Shown: positions 41,246-53,111, counted from the first letter of the stretch. The stretch: DNA of 64,000 nt from an uncultured Loktanella sp. (GCA_964385035.1 CAYLMZ010000001.1:17833-81832); one strand, 5' to 3'. Translations and numbers: made by a program. The notes: a model not told the origin generated them from the sequence alone.

Positions 41246-42426
41246 GTAGTCTTTGCAGCGATTGCTTGGCCTGCGGCCCAGCCGGACGACCATGCCCATT
41301 GGAAGTTATAGCCACCAAGCCATCCGGTGACGTCGACGCATTCGCCGATAAAGAATAGGCCGGGGACCGATTTTGCCTCCATCGTCTTGGATGATAGCGC
41401 ATCAGTATCAACTCCACCCAGTGTCACCTCCGCAGTCCGGTAGCCTTCAGAGCCAGCGGGCGTGACAGTCCAGGCGCTCAGCGCGGTCACAATCTGCGAC
41501 AAACGCTCATCGCTCTGGTCTGCAATGTTGCCCGACAGGCCAAGATCAAATTTCAGATGATCAATCAGGCGCGCTGGCAGATACTGCCCCAAGACTGTTG
41601 TCAGATCTTTTTTGCCTTGGTTTTGCCTGTCCGTCCGAAGCTGCGCATAGAGCGTGCCACTTGGATCGAGATTGATTGTGATCGGGTCCCCTTCGTCCCA
41701 ATAGGATGAGGCCTGTAAAACAGCAGGCCCCGACAGGCCGCGATGGGTAAACAGCATCGCTTCATCAAAGCTGGTGCTGTTGGCCGTCACCCGCGACGGC
41801 GCGGCAACACCGGCCAGAGGCTTGAATTTGTCACCCGAGAAAGTCAGTGGAACAAGCCCCGGCTTTGGGGTGATGACAGGCAGGCCAAAATCCGCAGCGA
41901 CTTGATAGGCAAACCCTGTGGCCCCCATCTTGGGGATTGATTTGCCACCGCAAGCGATCACCAGATTGCCTGTAGAGAGCGTCCTGCGTTGTCCCTGTTT
42001 TTCGACCACGACCGTGTAAACGCCATCAGCATGGTCGATGTGGGTGACGCTGGTCTGCAACCACAACTCTGCCTTGGCCTTTGCCATTTCTGCTTTCAAC
42101 ATCGCTATAATGTCTTTTGCGGACGTATCGCAGAAGAGTTGGCCAAGTGTCTTTTCGTGCCAGGCAATGCCGTAGTCATCGACCAAGCCGATAAAATCCC
42201 ATTGGGTATAGCGTTTGAGTGCCGACTTGGCGAAGTGTTTGTTCTCGCTCAGAAAGTTTTGTGGGCTGGCGTGCATGTTGGTAAAATTGCAGCGACCGCC
42301 GCCTGAGATACGGATCTTTTCACCCGCCGCTTTGGCGTGGTCGATGACCAGCACACCGGGGCCTGCATGGGCAGCGCACATCATGCCTGCGGCACCAGCG
42401 CCAATAATGATCGTCTCAAACTTCAT
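41242..42426 (-). CDS. HI0933/YhiN-family flavoprotein
   Basis: [31 protein letters not shown] and [12 protein letters not shown] motifs. Confidence 0.92.
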   Translation of the reverse strand: MKFETIIIGAGAAGMMCAAHAGPGVLVIDHAKAAGEKIRISGGGRCNFTNMHASPQNFLSENKHFAKSALKRYTQWDFIGLVDDYGIAWHEKTLGQLFCDTSAKDIIAMLKAEMAKAKAELWLQTSVTHIDHADGVYTVVVEKQGQRRTLSTGNLVIACGGKSIPKMGATGFAYQVAADFGLPVITPKPGLVPLTFSGDKFKPLAGVAAPSRVTANSTSFDEAMLFTHRGLSGPAVLQASSYWDEGDPITINLDPSGTLYAQLRTDRQNQGKKDLTTVLGQYLPARLIDHLKFDLGLSGNIADQSDERLSQIVTALSAWTVTPAGSEGYRTAEVTLGGVDTDALSSKTMEAKSVPGLFFIGECVDVTGWLGGYNFQWAWSSGWAAGQAIAAKTT

Positions 42427-42481
42427 GCGCGCGATATGGCGGGTCTGATGCGCAAGATCAAATGCTGCGTTGCGTGAAGGC

Positions 42482-42513
42482 TGCCTCCGGCGGGAGTTTC
42501 TTGGGAGAAAGAA
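42482..42513 (-). repeat. REP-like repeat, 32 bp identical to the inverted copy at 61437-61468
   Basis: tgcctccggcgggagtttcttgggagaaagaa. Confidence 0.9.
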
Positions 42514-42604
42514 ATTGGTTTTTCTGTAGAATCGCGAGGTTTTGGCCGCTATGCTGAGCTCAGACCCGGAAAACGGGCAACAGAGGCAGTATGGCGGTGT
42601 ATCC

Positions 42605-43774
42605 ATGACGGAAATGGTCTATGGGACGGTCCCGGTGCAATCCGGCGATCCGGTTCTTCCAAGGTGGTGGCGAACAATCGACAGATGGACCATGTCCTGT
42701 GTCTTTATGTTGTTCGGAATTGGCTTGCTATTGGGGTTGGCGTCATCGCCGCCGCTGGCTGCCAAAAACGGGTTGGAGCCTTTCCACTATGTGACACGAC
42801 AGGCGATTTTTGGCGGGGCTGCGATGATGGTCATGCTGATCGTCTCAATGATGTCGCCGGTTCTGGTCCGACGTTTGGCCGTACTTGGCTTTTTTGCGGC
42901 CTTCGCGGCATTGGCTTTGCTGCCTGTGTTTGGCACGGACTTTGGCAAGGGGGCAACGCGTTGGTATTCGCTGGGCTTTGCGTCTGTGCAGCCGTCAGAG
43001 TTCCTCAAGCCCGGGTTTGTCGTGATGGCTGCATGGCTTTTGGCTGCATCCCAGCAAATTGGCGGTCCACCGGGTAAGACTTATTCATTCGCATTGACCA
43101 TGGCCATTGTTTTGATGCTGGCCATGCAGCCCGACTTTGGGCAGGCCGCTCTGATCCTTTTTGGCTGGGGTGTGATGTATTTTGTTGCCGGTGCGCCGAT
43201 GATGATCCTGATCGTCATTGCGGGGTTGGTTGTGGCAGGCGGGGCTTTTGCTTACGCAAACTCCGAGCACTTTGCGCGTCGCATCGACGGCTTTCTGTCG
43301 CCTGATCTTGATCCAACGACGCAACTGGGCTACGCGACCAACGCGATCCGCGAAGGTGGTTTCTTTGGCGTCGGTGTTGGCGAGGGGCAGGTAAAGTGGT
43401 CGCTTCCTGATGCCCATACCGATTTTATCATCGCGGTGGCAGCCGAGGAATACGGGCTCATCTGCGTGCTGGTCATCATAGCGCTCTATGCTGTGATTGT
43501 TGTCCGGTCGCTCCTGCGCCTGATGAAAGAGCGCGACGTTTTCATTCGCTTGGCCGGGACCGGATTGGTTTGCATGTTTGGTGTCCAAGCCATGATCAAC
43601 ATGGGGGTGGCCGTGCGGCTGTTGCCCGCCAAGGGCATGACGTTGCCTTTCGTGTCCTACGGTGGTTCATCACTGATTGCAGGCGGCATCGCCGTGGGGA
43701 TGTTGCTGGCACTTACCCGCAGCAGGCCGCAGGGCGAGATGGGAGATATTCTGTTGCGCAGGGCTAATCGATGA
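42605..43774 (+). CDS. ftsW: SEDS peptidoglycan glycosyltransferase FtsW
   Basis: [20 protein letters not shown] and [10 protein letters not shown] motifs. Confidence 0.96.
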   Translation: MTEMVYGTVPVQSGDPVLPRWWRTIDRWTMSCVFMLFGIGLLLGLASSPPLAAKNGLEPFHYVTRQAIFGGAAMMVMLIVSMMSPVLVRRLAVLGFFAAFAALALLPVFGTDFGKGATRWYSLGFASVQPSEFLKPGFVVMAAWLLAASQQIGGPPGKTYSFALTMAIVLMLAMQPDFGQAALILFGWGVMYFVAGAPMMILIVIAGLVVAGGAFAYANSEHFARRIDGFLSPDLDPTTQLGYATNAIREGGFFGVGVGEGQVKWSLPDAHTDFIIAVAAEEYGLICVLVIIALYAVIVVRSLLRLMKERDVFIRLAGTGLVCMFGVQAMINMGVAVRLLPAKGMTLPFVSYGGSSLIAGGIAVGMLLALTRSRPQGEMGDILLRRANR

Positions 43775-44868
43775 GCACGCCGCTTCTTGTGATTGCCGCC
43801 GGTGGCACTGGTGGACATATGTTTCCGGCCCAAGCCTTGGCCGAAGCGATGCTCGCAAGAGGGTGGCGCGTTAAGCTTTCGACGGATGCGCGCGGCGCGC
43901 GCTATGCAGGTGGATTTCCTGACGCGGTTGAGGTGAATGTCGTGGGCAGCGCAACGTTTGCGCGTGGTGGCATTTTCCAAAAACTGGTGGTTCCCTTCCG
44001 CATTCTCGGGGGTATCGGTGCAGCCAAATGGCGGATGTTTCGGGATCGCCCGACGGTGGTCGTTGGTTTTGGTGGCTACCCTGCCATTCCGGCGATGTCC
44101 GCTGCATGGGTCTTGCGCGTTCCTCGGATGATCCATGAACAGAATGGCGTGCTTGGGCGGGTGAACCAGCTTTTTGCCAAGCGCGTTGACCGCGTTGCCT
44201 GCGGAACCTGGCCGACGGCCCTGCCGCGTGGAGTCACGGGTGTCCATACCGGCAATCCGGTGCGTGCAGCGGTTCTGGAGCATGCCAGTTCCCCCTATAT
44301 CGCGCCCGGAGACTATCCGATGTCGATACTGGTCTTGGGTGGTTCGCAAGGGGCACGGATCATGTCCGATGTTGTGCCACCTGCCATCGCCGCCCTGCCC
44401 GAAGATATCCGGCGCCGCGTGCGCGTATCTCATCAAGCGCGGCCAGAAGATCTGGACCGTGTCAAAAACTACTATGATAGCGAGCTGTTGACGGCAGATG
44501 TGCAGACCTTCTTTGAGGATGTGCCGCGCCGCATGGTAGACGCCCAATTGGTGATTTCGCGGTCTGGTGCCTCAACGGTGGCAGACGTAAGTGTTGTCGG
44601 GCGCCCGGCGGTCTGGGTGCCATTGGCCAGCGCTATTCGGGATGAGCAAACTGCCAATGCCCGTCAACTGGTCGAGGCAGGCGCTGCACAGATCATGACT
44701 GAAGCCGAATTCGATGTCGCTCCGTTGACCGCAAAACTGGCCGAGCTCTTGTCGGACGAAGCAGGTATGATGAAAATGGCCCAAGCCGCTGTGAGTTGTG
44801 GTGTCCCGGACGCGACTGAACGCCTTGTCAAAGAGGTTGAGACTCTGGCAGAGGGAGAAAAAACATAA
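43771..44868 (+). CDS. murG: Lipid I GlcNAc transferase
   Basis: [18 protein letters not shown] and GGSQGA motifs. Confidence 0.96.
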   Translation: MSTPLLVIAAGGTGGHMFPAQALAEAMLARGWRVKLSTDARGARYAGGFPDAVEVNVVGSATFARGGIFQKLVVPFRILGGIGAAKWRMFRDRPTVVVGFGGYPAIPAMSAAWVLRVPRMIHEQNGVLGRVNQLFAKRVDRVACGTWPTALPRGVTGVHTGNPVRAAVLEHASSPYIAPGDYPMSILVLGGSQGARIMSDVVPPAIAALPEDIRRRVRVSHQARPEDLDRVKNYYDSELLTADVQTFFEDVPRRMVDAQLVISRSGASTVADVSVVGRPAVWVPLASAIRDEQTANARQLVEAGAAQIMTEAEFDVAPLTAKLAELLSDEAGMMKMAQAAVSCGVPDATERLVKEVETLAEGEKT

Positions 44869-46286
44869 TGGATGGAAACCCGCTTATGAGCGCTGCAACA
44901 AAACTGCCCTTAGACGTTGGCCCTATCCATTTCGTCGGCATTGGTGGGATCGGGATGTCCGGTATTGCCGAGGTTTTGCTGAACCACGGCTACACCGTTC
45001 AGGGTTCTGACCTGAAGGCCTCGAAGATTACAGACCGCCTCAAGGCCTTGGGGGCTGTGGTCTTTGAAGGGCAGCGCGCTGAAAATCTTGAAGGCGCCGA
45101 AGTCATTGTGATTTCGTCAGCCATCAAGCCCGGCAATCCCGAATTGGACGCAGCCCGTGCGATGGGGCTGCCTGTTGTGCGCCGCGCTGAGATGCTGGCC
45201 GAGCTGATGCGCCTGAAGTCGAATGTTGCGGTCGCGGGCACCCACGGAAAGACAACAACCACGACAATGGTCGCCGCCCTCTTGGATGAAGGTGGGATTG
45301 ATCCGACTGTCATCAACGGTGGCATCATCCATGCCTATGGCTCAAATGCGCGCATGGGGCAGGGTGAATGGATGGTCGTTGAAGCCGATGAAAGTGACGG
45401 GACATTCAACCGCTTGCCCGCAACAATCGCAATCGTCACCAATATCGATCCCGAACATATGGAACACTGGGGCACGGAAGAGGCTCTGCATCAGGGCTTT
45501 TACGACTTTGTTTCGAACATTCCTTTCTATGGTCTGGCTGTCTGCTGCACCGATGATCCCGATGTGCAGAACTTGGTGGGCAAGATCACTGACCGCCGTG
45601 TTGTGACCTTTGGCTTTAATGCGCAAGCAGACATTCGGGCCGTCAACTTGCGTTACGAGGCAGGTTCGGCACATTTTGACATCGCGTTGCAAGCTGAGGA
45701 TGCCTTGATAGAAGGCTGCGTCCTTCCGATGCCGGGTGACCACAATGTGTCCAATGCGCTGGCTGCGGTGGCCGTGGCGCGTCACCTTGGGATGAAAAAG
45801 GATGAAATACGCAAGGCGCTTGCCGAATTCAAAGGCGTGAACCGGCGCTTTACCAAAGTCGGTGAAGTGGGTGGCGTCCCCATTATCGACGACTACGGTC
45901 ATCATCCTGTCGAAATCGCAGCCGTGCTCAAGGCCGCCCGGCAAGCGACGGAGGGCCGGGTCATCGCCGTGCATCAACCGCACCGCTACACACGTCTTTC
46001 CCATCATTTCGAAGAGTTCTGTTCGTGCTTCAACGATGCGGATGTGGTCGGAATTTCTGAAGTCTTTGCCGCGGGTGAAGACCCGATCGAAGGTGCCTCG
46101 CACCGTGATCTGGTGGCAGGTCTGATCAGTCATGGCCACAGGCATGCACGGATTGTGGAAAGCGAAGATGACCTGGCGCGGCTTGTGGTTGAGCAGACGA
46201 AACCGGGTGACATCGTTGTCTGCCTTGGGGCAGGGACCATCAGCGCTTGGGCCAACGCACTCCCGGCAAGACTTAATGGCGCATAG
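44868..46286 (+). CDS. murC: UDP-MurNAc--L-Ala ligase
   Basis: [23 protein letters not shown] and DDYGHHP motifs. Confidence 0.97.
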   Translation: MDGNPLMSAATKLPLDVGPIHFVGIGGIGMSGIAEVLLNHGYTVQGSDLKASKITDRLKALGAVVFEGQRAENLEGAEVIVISSAIKPGNPELDAARAMGLPVVRRAEMLAELMRLKSNVAVAGTHGKTTTTTMVAALLDEGGIDPTVINGGIIHAYGSNARMGQGEWMVVEADESDGTFNRLPATIAIVTNIDPEHMEHWGTEEALHQGFYDFVSNIPFYGLAVCCTDDPDVQNLVGKITDRRVVTFGFNAQADIRAVNLRYEAGSAHFDIALQAEDALIEGCVLPMPGDHNVSNALAAVAVARHLGMKKDEIRKALAEFKGVNRRFTKVGEVGGVPIIDDYGHHPVEIAAVLKAARQATEGRVIAVHQPHRYTRLSHHFEEFCSCFNDADVVGISEVFAAGEDPIEGASHRDLVAGLISHGHRHARIVESEDDLARLVVEQTKPGDIVVCLGAGTISAWANALPARLNGA

Positions 46287-46544
46287 ATGATGCTTCTCAA
46301 CGCTTGGGTTCTGATTGGGCTTTGGGTGTTGCTGGCATTCGCAATGGCTGCTGTGCCTTCCAATGACAATCATTGGCGTCGCGCCTATGTCCTGATTGGC
46401 ATTGGTGTCCCCATCGTCTTGTGGATCATCTGGAACGATGGTGTCTTGATGGGGCTTGTTGCGCTTGCTGTTGGCGGCTCTGTCCTTAGATGGCCAGTGT
46501 ACTTTTTGTGGCAGTGGCTCAAGGCGCGGTTTCGGAGGGGCTGA
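46287..46544 (+). CDS. Small membrane protein (DUF2484-like)
   Basis: SNDNHWRRAYVL...SVLRWPV; immediately follows murC. Confidence 0.75.
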   Translation: MMLLNAWVLIGLWVLLAFAMAAVPSNDNHWRRAYVLIGIGVPIVLWIIWNDGVLMGLVALAVGGSVLRWPVYFLWQWLKARFRRG

Positions 46545-46831
46545 TGCAGGCAATCTTGATCTTTGTGTTCATGCTGATGGCCGCAATGGTTCCCTTTTGG
46601 TTGATCACGCTTCTCGTCCGGCGCGGGCAAAACGGGCTTGCCCTGACGATTGGCAGCGTCATCGGGGGCACATTCGCGATCTTCTTTTATGCAACGGGCA
46701 CACCGATCGGCATCAATCCGGTGTTTGCGATGGGCGTATCCATGTTGATCTGCGTACCTGCGCTCTTGGGTGTTTTTGCAGGCACGCTGCTGGGGTGGTT
46801 GCTGCGCAGGCGTGACGATCGAAGCATTTAA
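46544..46831 (+). CDS. Small 3-TM membrane protein
   Basis: TGATG overlap with the upstream gene, GGAGG RBS, three hydrophobic helices. Confidence 0.7.
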   Translation: MQAILIFVFMLMAAMVPFWLITLLVRRGQNGLALTIGSVIGGTFAIFFYATGTPIGINPVFAMGVSMLICVPALLGVFAGTLLGWLLRRRDDRSI

Positions 46832-46845
46832 GTTAGACTCCATAC

Positions 46846-46885
46846 TTGAACATCGTTCACAAATCACTAAGTGAACTTTGTTCAA
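46846..46885. promoter_or_regulatory. Double palindromic operator (TGAAC-N3-GTTCA x2)
   Basis: tTGAACatcGTTCAc-aaatcactaa-gTGAACtttGTTCAa, 15 bp before an ATG. Confidence 0.65.
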
Positions 46886-46899
46886 CAATGGAGGAAGCC

Positions 46900-47190
46900 A
46901 TGTTTTCTGATCAGATCATCGTTGCATTTGTGGTTCTGGGGATATTCGTGATCGCAACAACTGCCAGTTATTTTTCGGGGCGAGACCGCAACAAGACCCT
47001 GCTTGGTGGATTGGCGGTCGTTTGGGCCACCTTTACAGGCGGCCTCTTTCTTGCCATGGCAAATGCGACCGGCTGGGACGGGATCGGATACGCCATTGCA
47101 CTGATGTTTGGCGCTGCACCGGCAGGGCTGGGGTTGTTGATCGGCGGTCTGTTTGGCCTGAAGAAAGCGAGTAAGTTGGAACATGGATAA
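46900..47190 (+). CDS. Small 3-TM membrane protein
   Basis: GGAGG RBS; hydrophobic, with a GWDGIGY motif; overlaps the murB start. Confidence 0.72.
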   Translation: MFSDQIIVAFVVLGIFVIATTASYFSGRDRNKTLLGGLAVVWATFTGGLFLAMANATGWDGIGYAIALMFGAAPAGLGLLIGGLFGLKKASKLEHG

Positions 47191-48121
47191 CCTGCCGCGA
47201 ACCAATGGTGTGCTGACAATGAACCGTTCGTTGGCAGAGCTGACATGGATGCGTGTCGGTGGGCCGGCCGAAGTGCTGTTTCAGCCCGCCGATCTTGCTG
47301 ACTTGCAGCAATTCCTCGCGAACCTTCCACATGAGGTTCCTGTCTTTACGATGGGTGTGGGCAGCAATCTGATCGTCCGCGATGGTGGCATTGACGGTGT
47401 GGTGATCCGACTGGGACGCGGCTTTAACTTGATCGAAGTGGGTGAGGGTGTCGTCACTGCTGGTGCCGCAGCATTGGATGCGCATGTGGCGCGGCGCGCG
47501 GCTGACGCAGGGCTTGATCTGACGTTTCTGCGCACGATCCCTGGCAGTATCGGTGGTGCGGTGCGTATGAACGCGGGTTGCTATGGCACCTATGTTGCCG
47601 ATGTTCTTGAGGGTGTCACAGTCGTGATGCGTGATGGGACATTAGTTGAAATGCCTGCGGATGCGCTGAACCTTGCCTATCGGCAAAGCACCTTGCCCGA
47701 AGGGGCGGTGATCGTCGCTGCACGGTTCAAGGCCGCGGTTGATGATCCTGACGTGCTTCATGCACGCATGGCTGGGCAACTAGCAAAACGCGACGAGACA
47801 CAGCCAACAAAGGATCGCACTGCGGGCTCAACCTTTCGCAATCCGGCCGGTTTTTCCTCAACGGGGCGTGCTGATGACGTGCATGATCTGAAGGCGTGGA
47901 AGGTGATCGAGAACGCAGGCATGCGCGGTGCGACCCTTGGTGGGGCCACAATCAACGAAAAGCACGCCAATTTTCTCACGAATGCGGGCGGGGCAACGGC
48001 TGCCGATCTTGAAGATCTGGGCGAGTTGGTTCGGAAAAAGGTTTACGATTCCCAAGGGATTGAGCTACACTGGGAAATCATGCGGGTCGGTAATCGCACA
48101 AGCGAAGACACCGCACAATAA
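47183..48121 (+). CDS. murB: UDP-N-acetylenolpyruvoylglucosamine reductase
   Basis: [31 protein letters not shown] and KHANF motifs. Confidence 0.96.
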   Translation: MDNLPRTNGVLTMNRSLAELTWMRVGGPAEVLFQPADLADLQQFLANLPHEVPVFTMGVGSNLIVRDGGIDGVVIRLGRGFNLIEVGEGVVTAGAAALDAHVARRAADAGLDLTFLRTIPGSIGGAVRMNAGCYGTYVADVLEGVTVVMRDGTLVEMPADALNLAYRQSTLPEGAVIVAARFKAAVDDPDVLHARMAGQLAKRDETQPTKDRTAGSTFRNPAGFSSTGRADDVHDLKAWKVIENAGMRGATLGGATINEKHANFLTNAGGATAADLEDLGELVRKKVYDSQGIELHWEIMRVGNRTSEDTAQ

Positions 48122-48204
48122 AGGCCAAAAAGGCCATGATCTGAAGAGCAGGTCACCAAGAGATATGACGGGTCGCAAAAGACCCGCAAAAGAGGCGGTT
48201 GGGT

Positions 48205-49119
48205 ATGTCGAGCAGGGCAAACCCGAAAGTTGTTGTCCTGATGGGCGGCCCCTCGGCGGAGCGCGAAGTCTCGCTCAGCACGGGCCGCGAATGTGCAGCG
48301 GCTTTGCGGGCAGCAGAATGCGAAGTGATCGAGGTCGATGCAGGCCCCGATCTTGCTGCGCGTTTGCTGGACATTAAGCCCGATGTTGTTTTCAACGCGC
48401 TGCATGGCCGGTGGGGCGAAGACGGAGCCGTGCAGGGTCTGCTCGAATGGCTACAAATCCCTTACACGCATTCTGGCATCTTAGCCTCTGCCTTGTCGCT
48501 GGATAAACAGCGCACCAAGGACGTCTACCGCAAGGCGGGACTGCCAATTGTCCACAGCATTCTTGCCTCGGCTGATGCAGTGCGCCGCGCGCATCTGATG
48601 CCGCCGCCTTACGTAGTCAAGCCTTTCAACGAAGGCTCAAGCGTGGGGATTTACATCGTCGACGAGGCCGCCAATGGCCCACCCCAGCTGGCCGATGATA
48701 TGCCTGCGGAAGTGATGGTCGAGGCCTTCGCCCCCGGAAGAGAGTTGACGACAACCGTTATGGGTGATCGCGCGCTGACCGTCACCGACATCATCACGGA
48801 TGGCTGGTATGACTATCATGCCAAATATGCGCCGGGTGGGTCGCGCCATGAATTGCCTGCGGACGTGCCGCAAGAGATCTTTGATGCTTGTATGGATTAC
48901 GCCTTGCGTGCCCATCAGGTCTTGGGGTGCCGCGGTGTTAGCCGGACCGATTTTCGGTGGGACGAGAGCAAAGGCCTTGATGGTCTGATCTTGCTTGAGA
49001 CGAATACGCAACCAGGCATGACACCAACATCGCTGACGCCAGAACAGGCGCAACATGTCGGCATCAGCTTTCCCGAACTATGCCGCTGGTTGGTGGAGGA
49101 CGCGTCATGCGATCGTTGA
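48205..49119 (+). CDS. ddl: D-alanine--D-alanine ligase
   Basis: GGPSAEREVS, LHGRWGEDG, EGSSVG and ETNTQPGMT motifs. Confidence 0.96.
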   Translation: MSSRANPKVVVLMGGPSAEREVSLSTGRECAAALRAAECEVIEVDAGPDLAARLLDIKPDVVFNALHGRWGEDGAVQGLLEWLQIPYTHSGILASALSLDKQRTKDVYRKAGLPIVHSILASADAVRRAHLMPPPYVVKPFNEGSSVGIYIVDEAANGPPQLADDMPAEVMVEAFAPGRELTTTVMGDRALTVTDIITDGWYDYHAKYAPGGSRHELPADVPQEIFDACMDYALRAHQVLGCRGVSRTDFRWDESKGLDGLILLETNTQPGMTPTSLTPEQAQHVGISFPELCRWLVEDASCDR

Positions 49120-50012
49120 TCCGCCGTCGGTCTGAAACCACGCCCGGGCATGATCCGGCGCCGTCCCGGTTGGATTACCGGATGCAACGCTTGATGTTGA
49201 CGCCGGGTTTTCGTGGGTTGGTTCGGATTGGTGTGCCCTTGTTATTGATCGCGGCCATTGCCGGATCGTGGTATTCAAAGCCAGAAAACCGCGCTCAGTT
49301 GTCTTCTACGATTGCAAACGCACAGCGCGAATTTCAAGAGCGGCCGCAGTTCATGGTGCGCGGATCACGGATCGACGGTGGTGATCCATTGGTTGAGGCC
49401 GCAGTGGGAGCCTACCTGCCTAGCGATTTTCCCTTGTCTTCATTTGACCTCGACCTTGATGCGATGCGCGCCGAGATTGAGGCGCTTGAACCCGTCAAGG
49501 CGGCGACAGTTCGGATCGGACAAGAGGGTCTGCTTGAGGTTGCGATCACGCCCCGGGTTCCGGTCGCCGTTTGGCGTGATGACGAGACACTTCGCCTGCT
49601 AGATGCAGACGGGGCGGTGTCAGGACGGATCGCTGTGCGTTCAGAGCGTCCGGACTTGCCGCTCATTGCAGGGGACGGGGCCGAGGCCGAGATCGGTGAA
49701 GCGCTCGTGTTGTTTGCGACGTCGGGTTCATTGTTGAACCGTGTGCGCGGATTGGTGCGCATGGGCGAGCGTCGCTGGGATCTGGTCTTGGACCGCGACC
49801 AGCGCATCCTTTTGCCAAGCGACGGGGCGGCATCTGCGCTTGAGCGGGTATTGGCGCTGAATGCAGCCCAAGACCTGCTGGCCCGCGATGTCGCTGTGGT
49901 CGACATGCGCAATGGCAACCGACCAACAATCAGGATGAATGACGCTGCTGTCATCGCGCTTCGGCGCGTCGGGGCAGGCGGTGAGAACAATAATAACGAG
50001 GTGGGCAACTGA
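49107..50012 (+). CDS. ftsQ: Cell division protein FtsQ
   Basis: TM segment, POTRA-like region, ERRWDL and VDMR; position in dcw. Confidence 0.92.
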   Translation: MRSLIRRRSETTPGHDPAPSRLDYRMQRLMLTPGFRGLVRIGVPLLLIAAIAGSWYSKPENRAQLSSTIANAQREFQERPQFMVRGSRIDGGDPLVEAAVGAYLPSDFPLSSFDLDLDAMRAEIEALEPVKAATVRIGQEGLLEVAITPRVPVAVWRDDETLRLLDADGAVSGRIAVRSERPDLPLIAGDGAEAEIGEALVLFATSGSLLNRVRGLVRMGERRWDLVLDRDQRILLPSDGAASALERVLALNAAQDLLARDVAVVDMRNGNRPTIRMNDAAVIALRRVGAGGENNNNEVGN

Positions 50013-51346
50013 TGGGCGATCTATACGACAGTCAAAGGGCGATGCGCCAGATGCGCAAAGCTGCAATGCAACGCGGTGTTGTAGCTGTCTTGGATATCGG
50101 GACATCCAAGATTGCCTGTCTGGTTTTGCGATTTGATGGACCAGAGCAGTTCCGCGGCGCGGATGGCGTGGGCTCTCTTGCAGGTCAGTCCCAGTTTCGT
50201 GTGATCGGTGCAGCAACAACCCGTTCGCGGGGTGTCCGCTTTGGCGAGATCGACGCCATGCAGGAAACCGAGCGGGCAATTCGCACAGCGGTGCAGGCCG
50301 CCCAGAAGATGGCCAATGTGCGTGTCGATCATGTGATCGCCTGTCTGTCGGGCGCGCGGCCACGCTCTTATGGTCTGGATGGTCAACTCGACATCGCGGG
50401 TGGGATCGTCACAGAACAGGACATCAGTCAGGTCATGGCAAATTGTGATGTGCCCGACTACGGCGCAGAGCGGGAAGTGTTGCACGCCCAACCCGTCAAC
50501 TTTGCGCTTGATCACCGGTCGGGCCTTGCGGATCCACGTGGGCAAATCGGGAACGCGCTGACCTGCGATATGCATATGCTGACCGTTGATATGTCTGCGG
50601 TCCAGAACCTTTTCTATTGCATCCGGCGCTGTGACCTTGAGCTCGCTGGCATTGCCTCTTCGGCTTATGTTTCGGGTATGTCGTCGCTGGTTGAGGACGA
50701 GCAAGAGTTGGGTGCTGCCTGTATCGACCTTGGCGGCGGATCAACCGGCATTTCTGTCTTTATGAAAAAGCACATGATCTATGCTGATAGCGTGCGCATG
50801 GGCGGCGATCATGTGACGTCTGATATCTCCATGGGTTTGCAAATTCCTGCGGCGACCGCAGAGCGGATCAAGACGTTCTATGGCGGCGTTGTTGCGACGG
50901 GCATGGATGATCGTGAGATGATCGAAATCGGTGGCGATACCGGCGACTGGGAACATGACCGCCGGACCGTCAGCCGCGCGGAACTTATTGGCATCATGCG
51001 TCCCCGTGTTGAAGAAATTCTTGAAGAAGTGCGCGCACGGCTCGATGCCGCGGGCTTTGAGCATTTGCCAAGCCAGCAGATTGTGCTGACTGGTGGCGGC
51101 AGCCAGATCCCGGGCCTTGACGGTTTGGCCAGCAAAATTCTCGGCCAGCAAGTGCGGTTGGGGCGACCTTTGCGGGTACAGGGCCTGCCGCAAGCCGCGA
51201 TCGGCCCTGCGTTTTCAAGCGCTGTAGGGCTGACACTTTTTGCCGCGAATCCACAAGACGAATGGTGGGACTTTGAAATCCCCGCAGACCGCTATCCGGC
51301 CCGGTCACTCAAGCGTGCCGTGAAATGGTTCAAAGACAACTGGTAA
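50012..51346 (+). CDS. ftsA: Cell division protein FtsA
   Basis: LDIGTSKI, IDLGGG, LTGGGSQ and C-terminal amphipathic WFKDNW. Confidence 0.96.
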   Translation: MGDLYDSQRAMRQMRKAAMQRGVVAVLDIGTSKIACLVLRFDGPEQFRGADGVGSLAGQSQFRVIGAATTRSRGVRFGEIDAMQETERAIRTAVQAAQKMANVRVDHVIACLSGARPRSYGLDGQLDIAGGIVTEQDISQVMANCDVPDYGAEREVLHAQPVNFALDHRSGLADPRGQIGNALTCDMHMLTVDMSAVQNLFYCIRRCDLELAGIASSAYVSGMSSLVEDEQELGAACIDLGGGSTGISVFMKKHMIYADSVRMGGDHVTSDISMGLQIPAATAERIKTFYGGVVATGMDDREMIEIGGDTGDWEHDRRTVSRAELIGIMRPRVEEILEEVRARLDAAGFEHLPSQQIVLTGGGSQIPGLDGLASKILGQQVRLGRPLRVQGLPQAAIGPAFSSAVGLTLFAANPQDEWWDFEIPADRYPARSLKRAVKWFKDNW

Positions 51347-51524
51347 TGCGCAACATATTGCCGAGACGTCGAAATCCGGCAGTGTAGCGAAACTATTTGT
51401 CCAGATTTGGTGGCAATTTCTTGTTTTTGTCGTGACCTTTCGGCATCACTTGGTTATTGTGAGTCTCAATAAGCAGTAAAAGCCCGCGGGCACGGGCAGT
51501 TAAATAAAACAGGCGGATCAGATT

Positions 51525-53111
51525 ATGACTTTGAATCTTTCCCTTCCGGGGCACGATGAGCTGAAACCACGTATTACCGTGTTTGGTGTCGGCGGCGCTG
51601 GCGGCAATGCCGTCAACAACATGATTGAACAAGAACTCGACGGGACTGATTTCGTTGTGGCCAACACGGATGCGCAGGCGCTGCAACAATCCAAAGCGGC
51701 TGCCAAAATCCAGATGGGATTGAAAGTCACCGAAGGCCTAGGGGCTGGTGCACGCGCAAGCGTAGGTGCTGCCGCTGCCGAGGAGAGCATCGAACAGATC
51801 GTGGATCACCTCGCGGGTGCGCATATGTGTTTCATCACCGCTGGTATGGGCGGCGGTACAGGGACAGGCGCTGCGCCGATCATCGCACAAGCTGCCCGTG
51901 AACTGGGTGTTCTGACCGTCGGGGTTGTTACCAAGCCTTTCCAGTTTGAAGGCGCAAAACGCATGCGTCAGGCTGAGGCGGGCGTCGAGGCTCTGCAAAA
52001 GGTCGTCGACACACTTATCATTATCCCGAACCAGAACCTGTTCCGCCTCGCCAATGAGAATACGACATTCACTGAAGCGTTCTCGCTTGCTGATGATGTG
52101 CTCTACCAAGGTGTGAAAGGCGTCACGGATTTGATGGTCCGTCCGGGCCTGATCAACCTCGACTTTGCTGACGTGCGCGCTGTGATGGACGAGATGGGCA
52201 AAGCCATGATGGGGACCGGTGAAGCAGACGGTGAAAACCGTGCTATTCAGGCCGCTGAAAAAGCGATTGCGAACCCGCTTCTTGACGAGATTTCTCTGGA
52301 AGGTGCCAAAGGCGTTCTGATCAACATCACCGGTGGCTATGATCTGACATTGTTTGAGCTTGATGAAGCAGCGAACAAGATCCGTGAAAAGGTCGATGGC
52401 GACGCCAATATTATCGTCGGTTCGACTCTCGACACGGGTATGGAAGGGCGCATGCGCGTCTCTGTGGTTGCGACAGGGATCGACGCTGTTGTTGATCGTT
52501 CTGAGACACCTGTGCCACGTCGCTCAATGGCGGCACCTTTGGCGCCAGCGACACCCGCGCCTCAAGCTGAGGCTACCGCAGAGCCTGCAGCTCCTGCCGC
52601 TGTGGCCGCAGAAGCTGCTCCGGCGCCTGCCCCGCAAGAGCCGTCGCTCTTTGAACAGGTCGAAACGCCTGCGCAGCCGGTCGCCGCACCGGCACCCGTC
52701 GTCGCTGAAGTGGCGCAAGCGCCCGAGGCGACTGATGAGCTGCCACCGCCTGCCTATCAGCCACGCCCCGAGCCTGTGATGACAGAGGCAGACAGCTTTG
52801 TTGCCCCGCGGGCCGCAGCGCCCGGCACACCATCGCCCGAAGCTTTGGCGCGCTTGCAAGCAGCAGTGAACCGGGTCCCCAAAGACCAACCCGTGCAACC
52901 AGCGGCCCAGCCCACTGTTGATGCGGGTGCTGAAAAGCCACGTTTCGGGATCAATTCGTTGATCAATCGTATGACAGGTGCGCAGGCCGAAGGGGCAGCA
53001 CAGCCGTCCCGCGCCCAGCCACAAGTGACTGCTTTGCGGCAGGAAGCGCAGCCAGACGAAGATCAGGAAAAAATCGAGATTCCTGCATTCTTGCGGCGTC
53101 AGGCCAACTAA
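51525..53111 (+). CDS. ftsZ: Cell division protein FtsZ
   Basis: GGGTGTG tubulin signature, INLDFADV and [11 protein letters not shown] tail. Confidence 0.98.
   Translation: MTLNLSLPGHDELKPRITVFGVGGAGGNAVNNMIEQELDGTDFVVANTDAQALQQSKAAAKIQMGLKVTEGLGAGARASVGAAAAEESIEQIVDHLAGAHMCFITAGMGGGTGTGAAPIIAQAARELGVLTVGVVTKPFQFEGAKRMRQAEAGVEALQKVVDTLIIIPNQNLFRLANENTTFTEAFSLADDVLYQGVKGVTDLMVRPGLINLDFADVRAVMDEMGKAMMGTGEADGENRAIQAAEKAIANPLLDEISLEGAKGVLINITGGYDLTLFELDEAANKIREKVDGDANIIVGSTLDTGMEGRMRVSVVATGIDAVVDRSETPVPRRSMAAPLAPATPAPQAEATAEPAAPAAVAAEAAPAPAPQEPSLFEQVETPAQPVAAPAPVVAEVAQAPEATDELPPPAYQPRPEPVMTEADSFVAPRAAAPGTPSPEALARLQAAVNRVPKDQPVQPAAQPTVDAGAEKPRFGINSLINRMTGAQAEGAAQPSRAQPQVTALRQEAQPDEDQEKIEIPAFLRRQAN

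Noticed and set aside
52500-53060. Long Pro/Ala-rich region of FtsZ
   Set aside because: A long disordered C-terminal linker is normal in alphaproteobacterial FtsZ.
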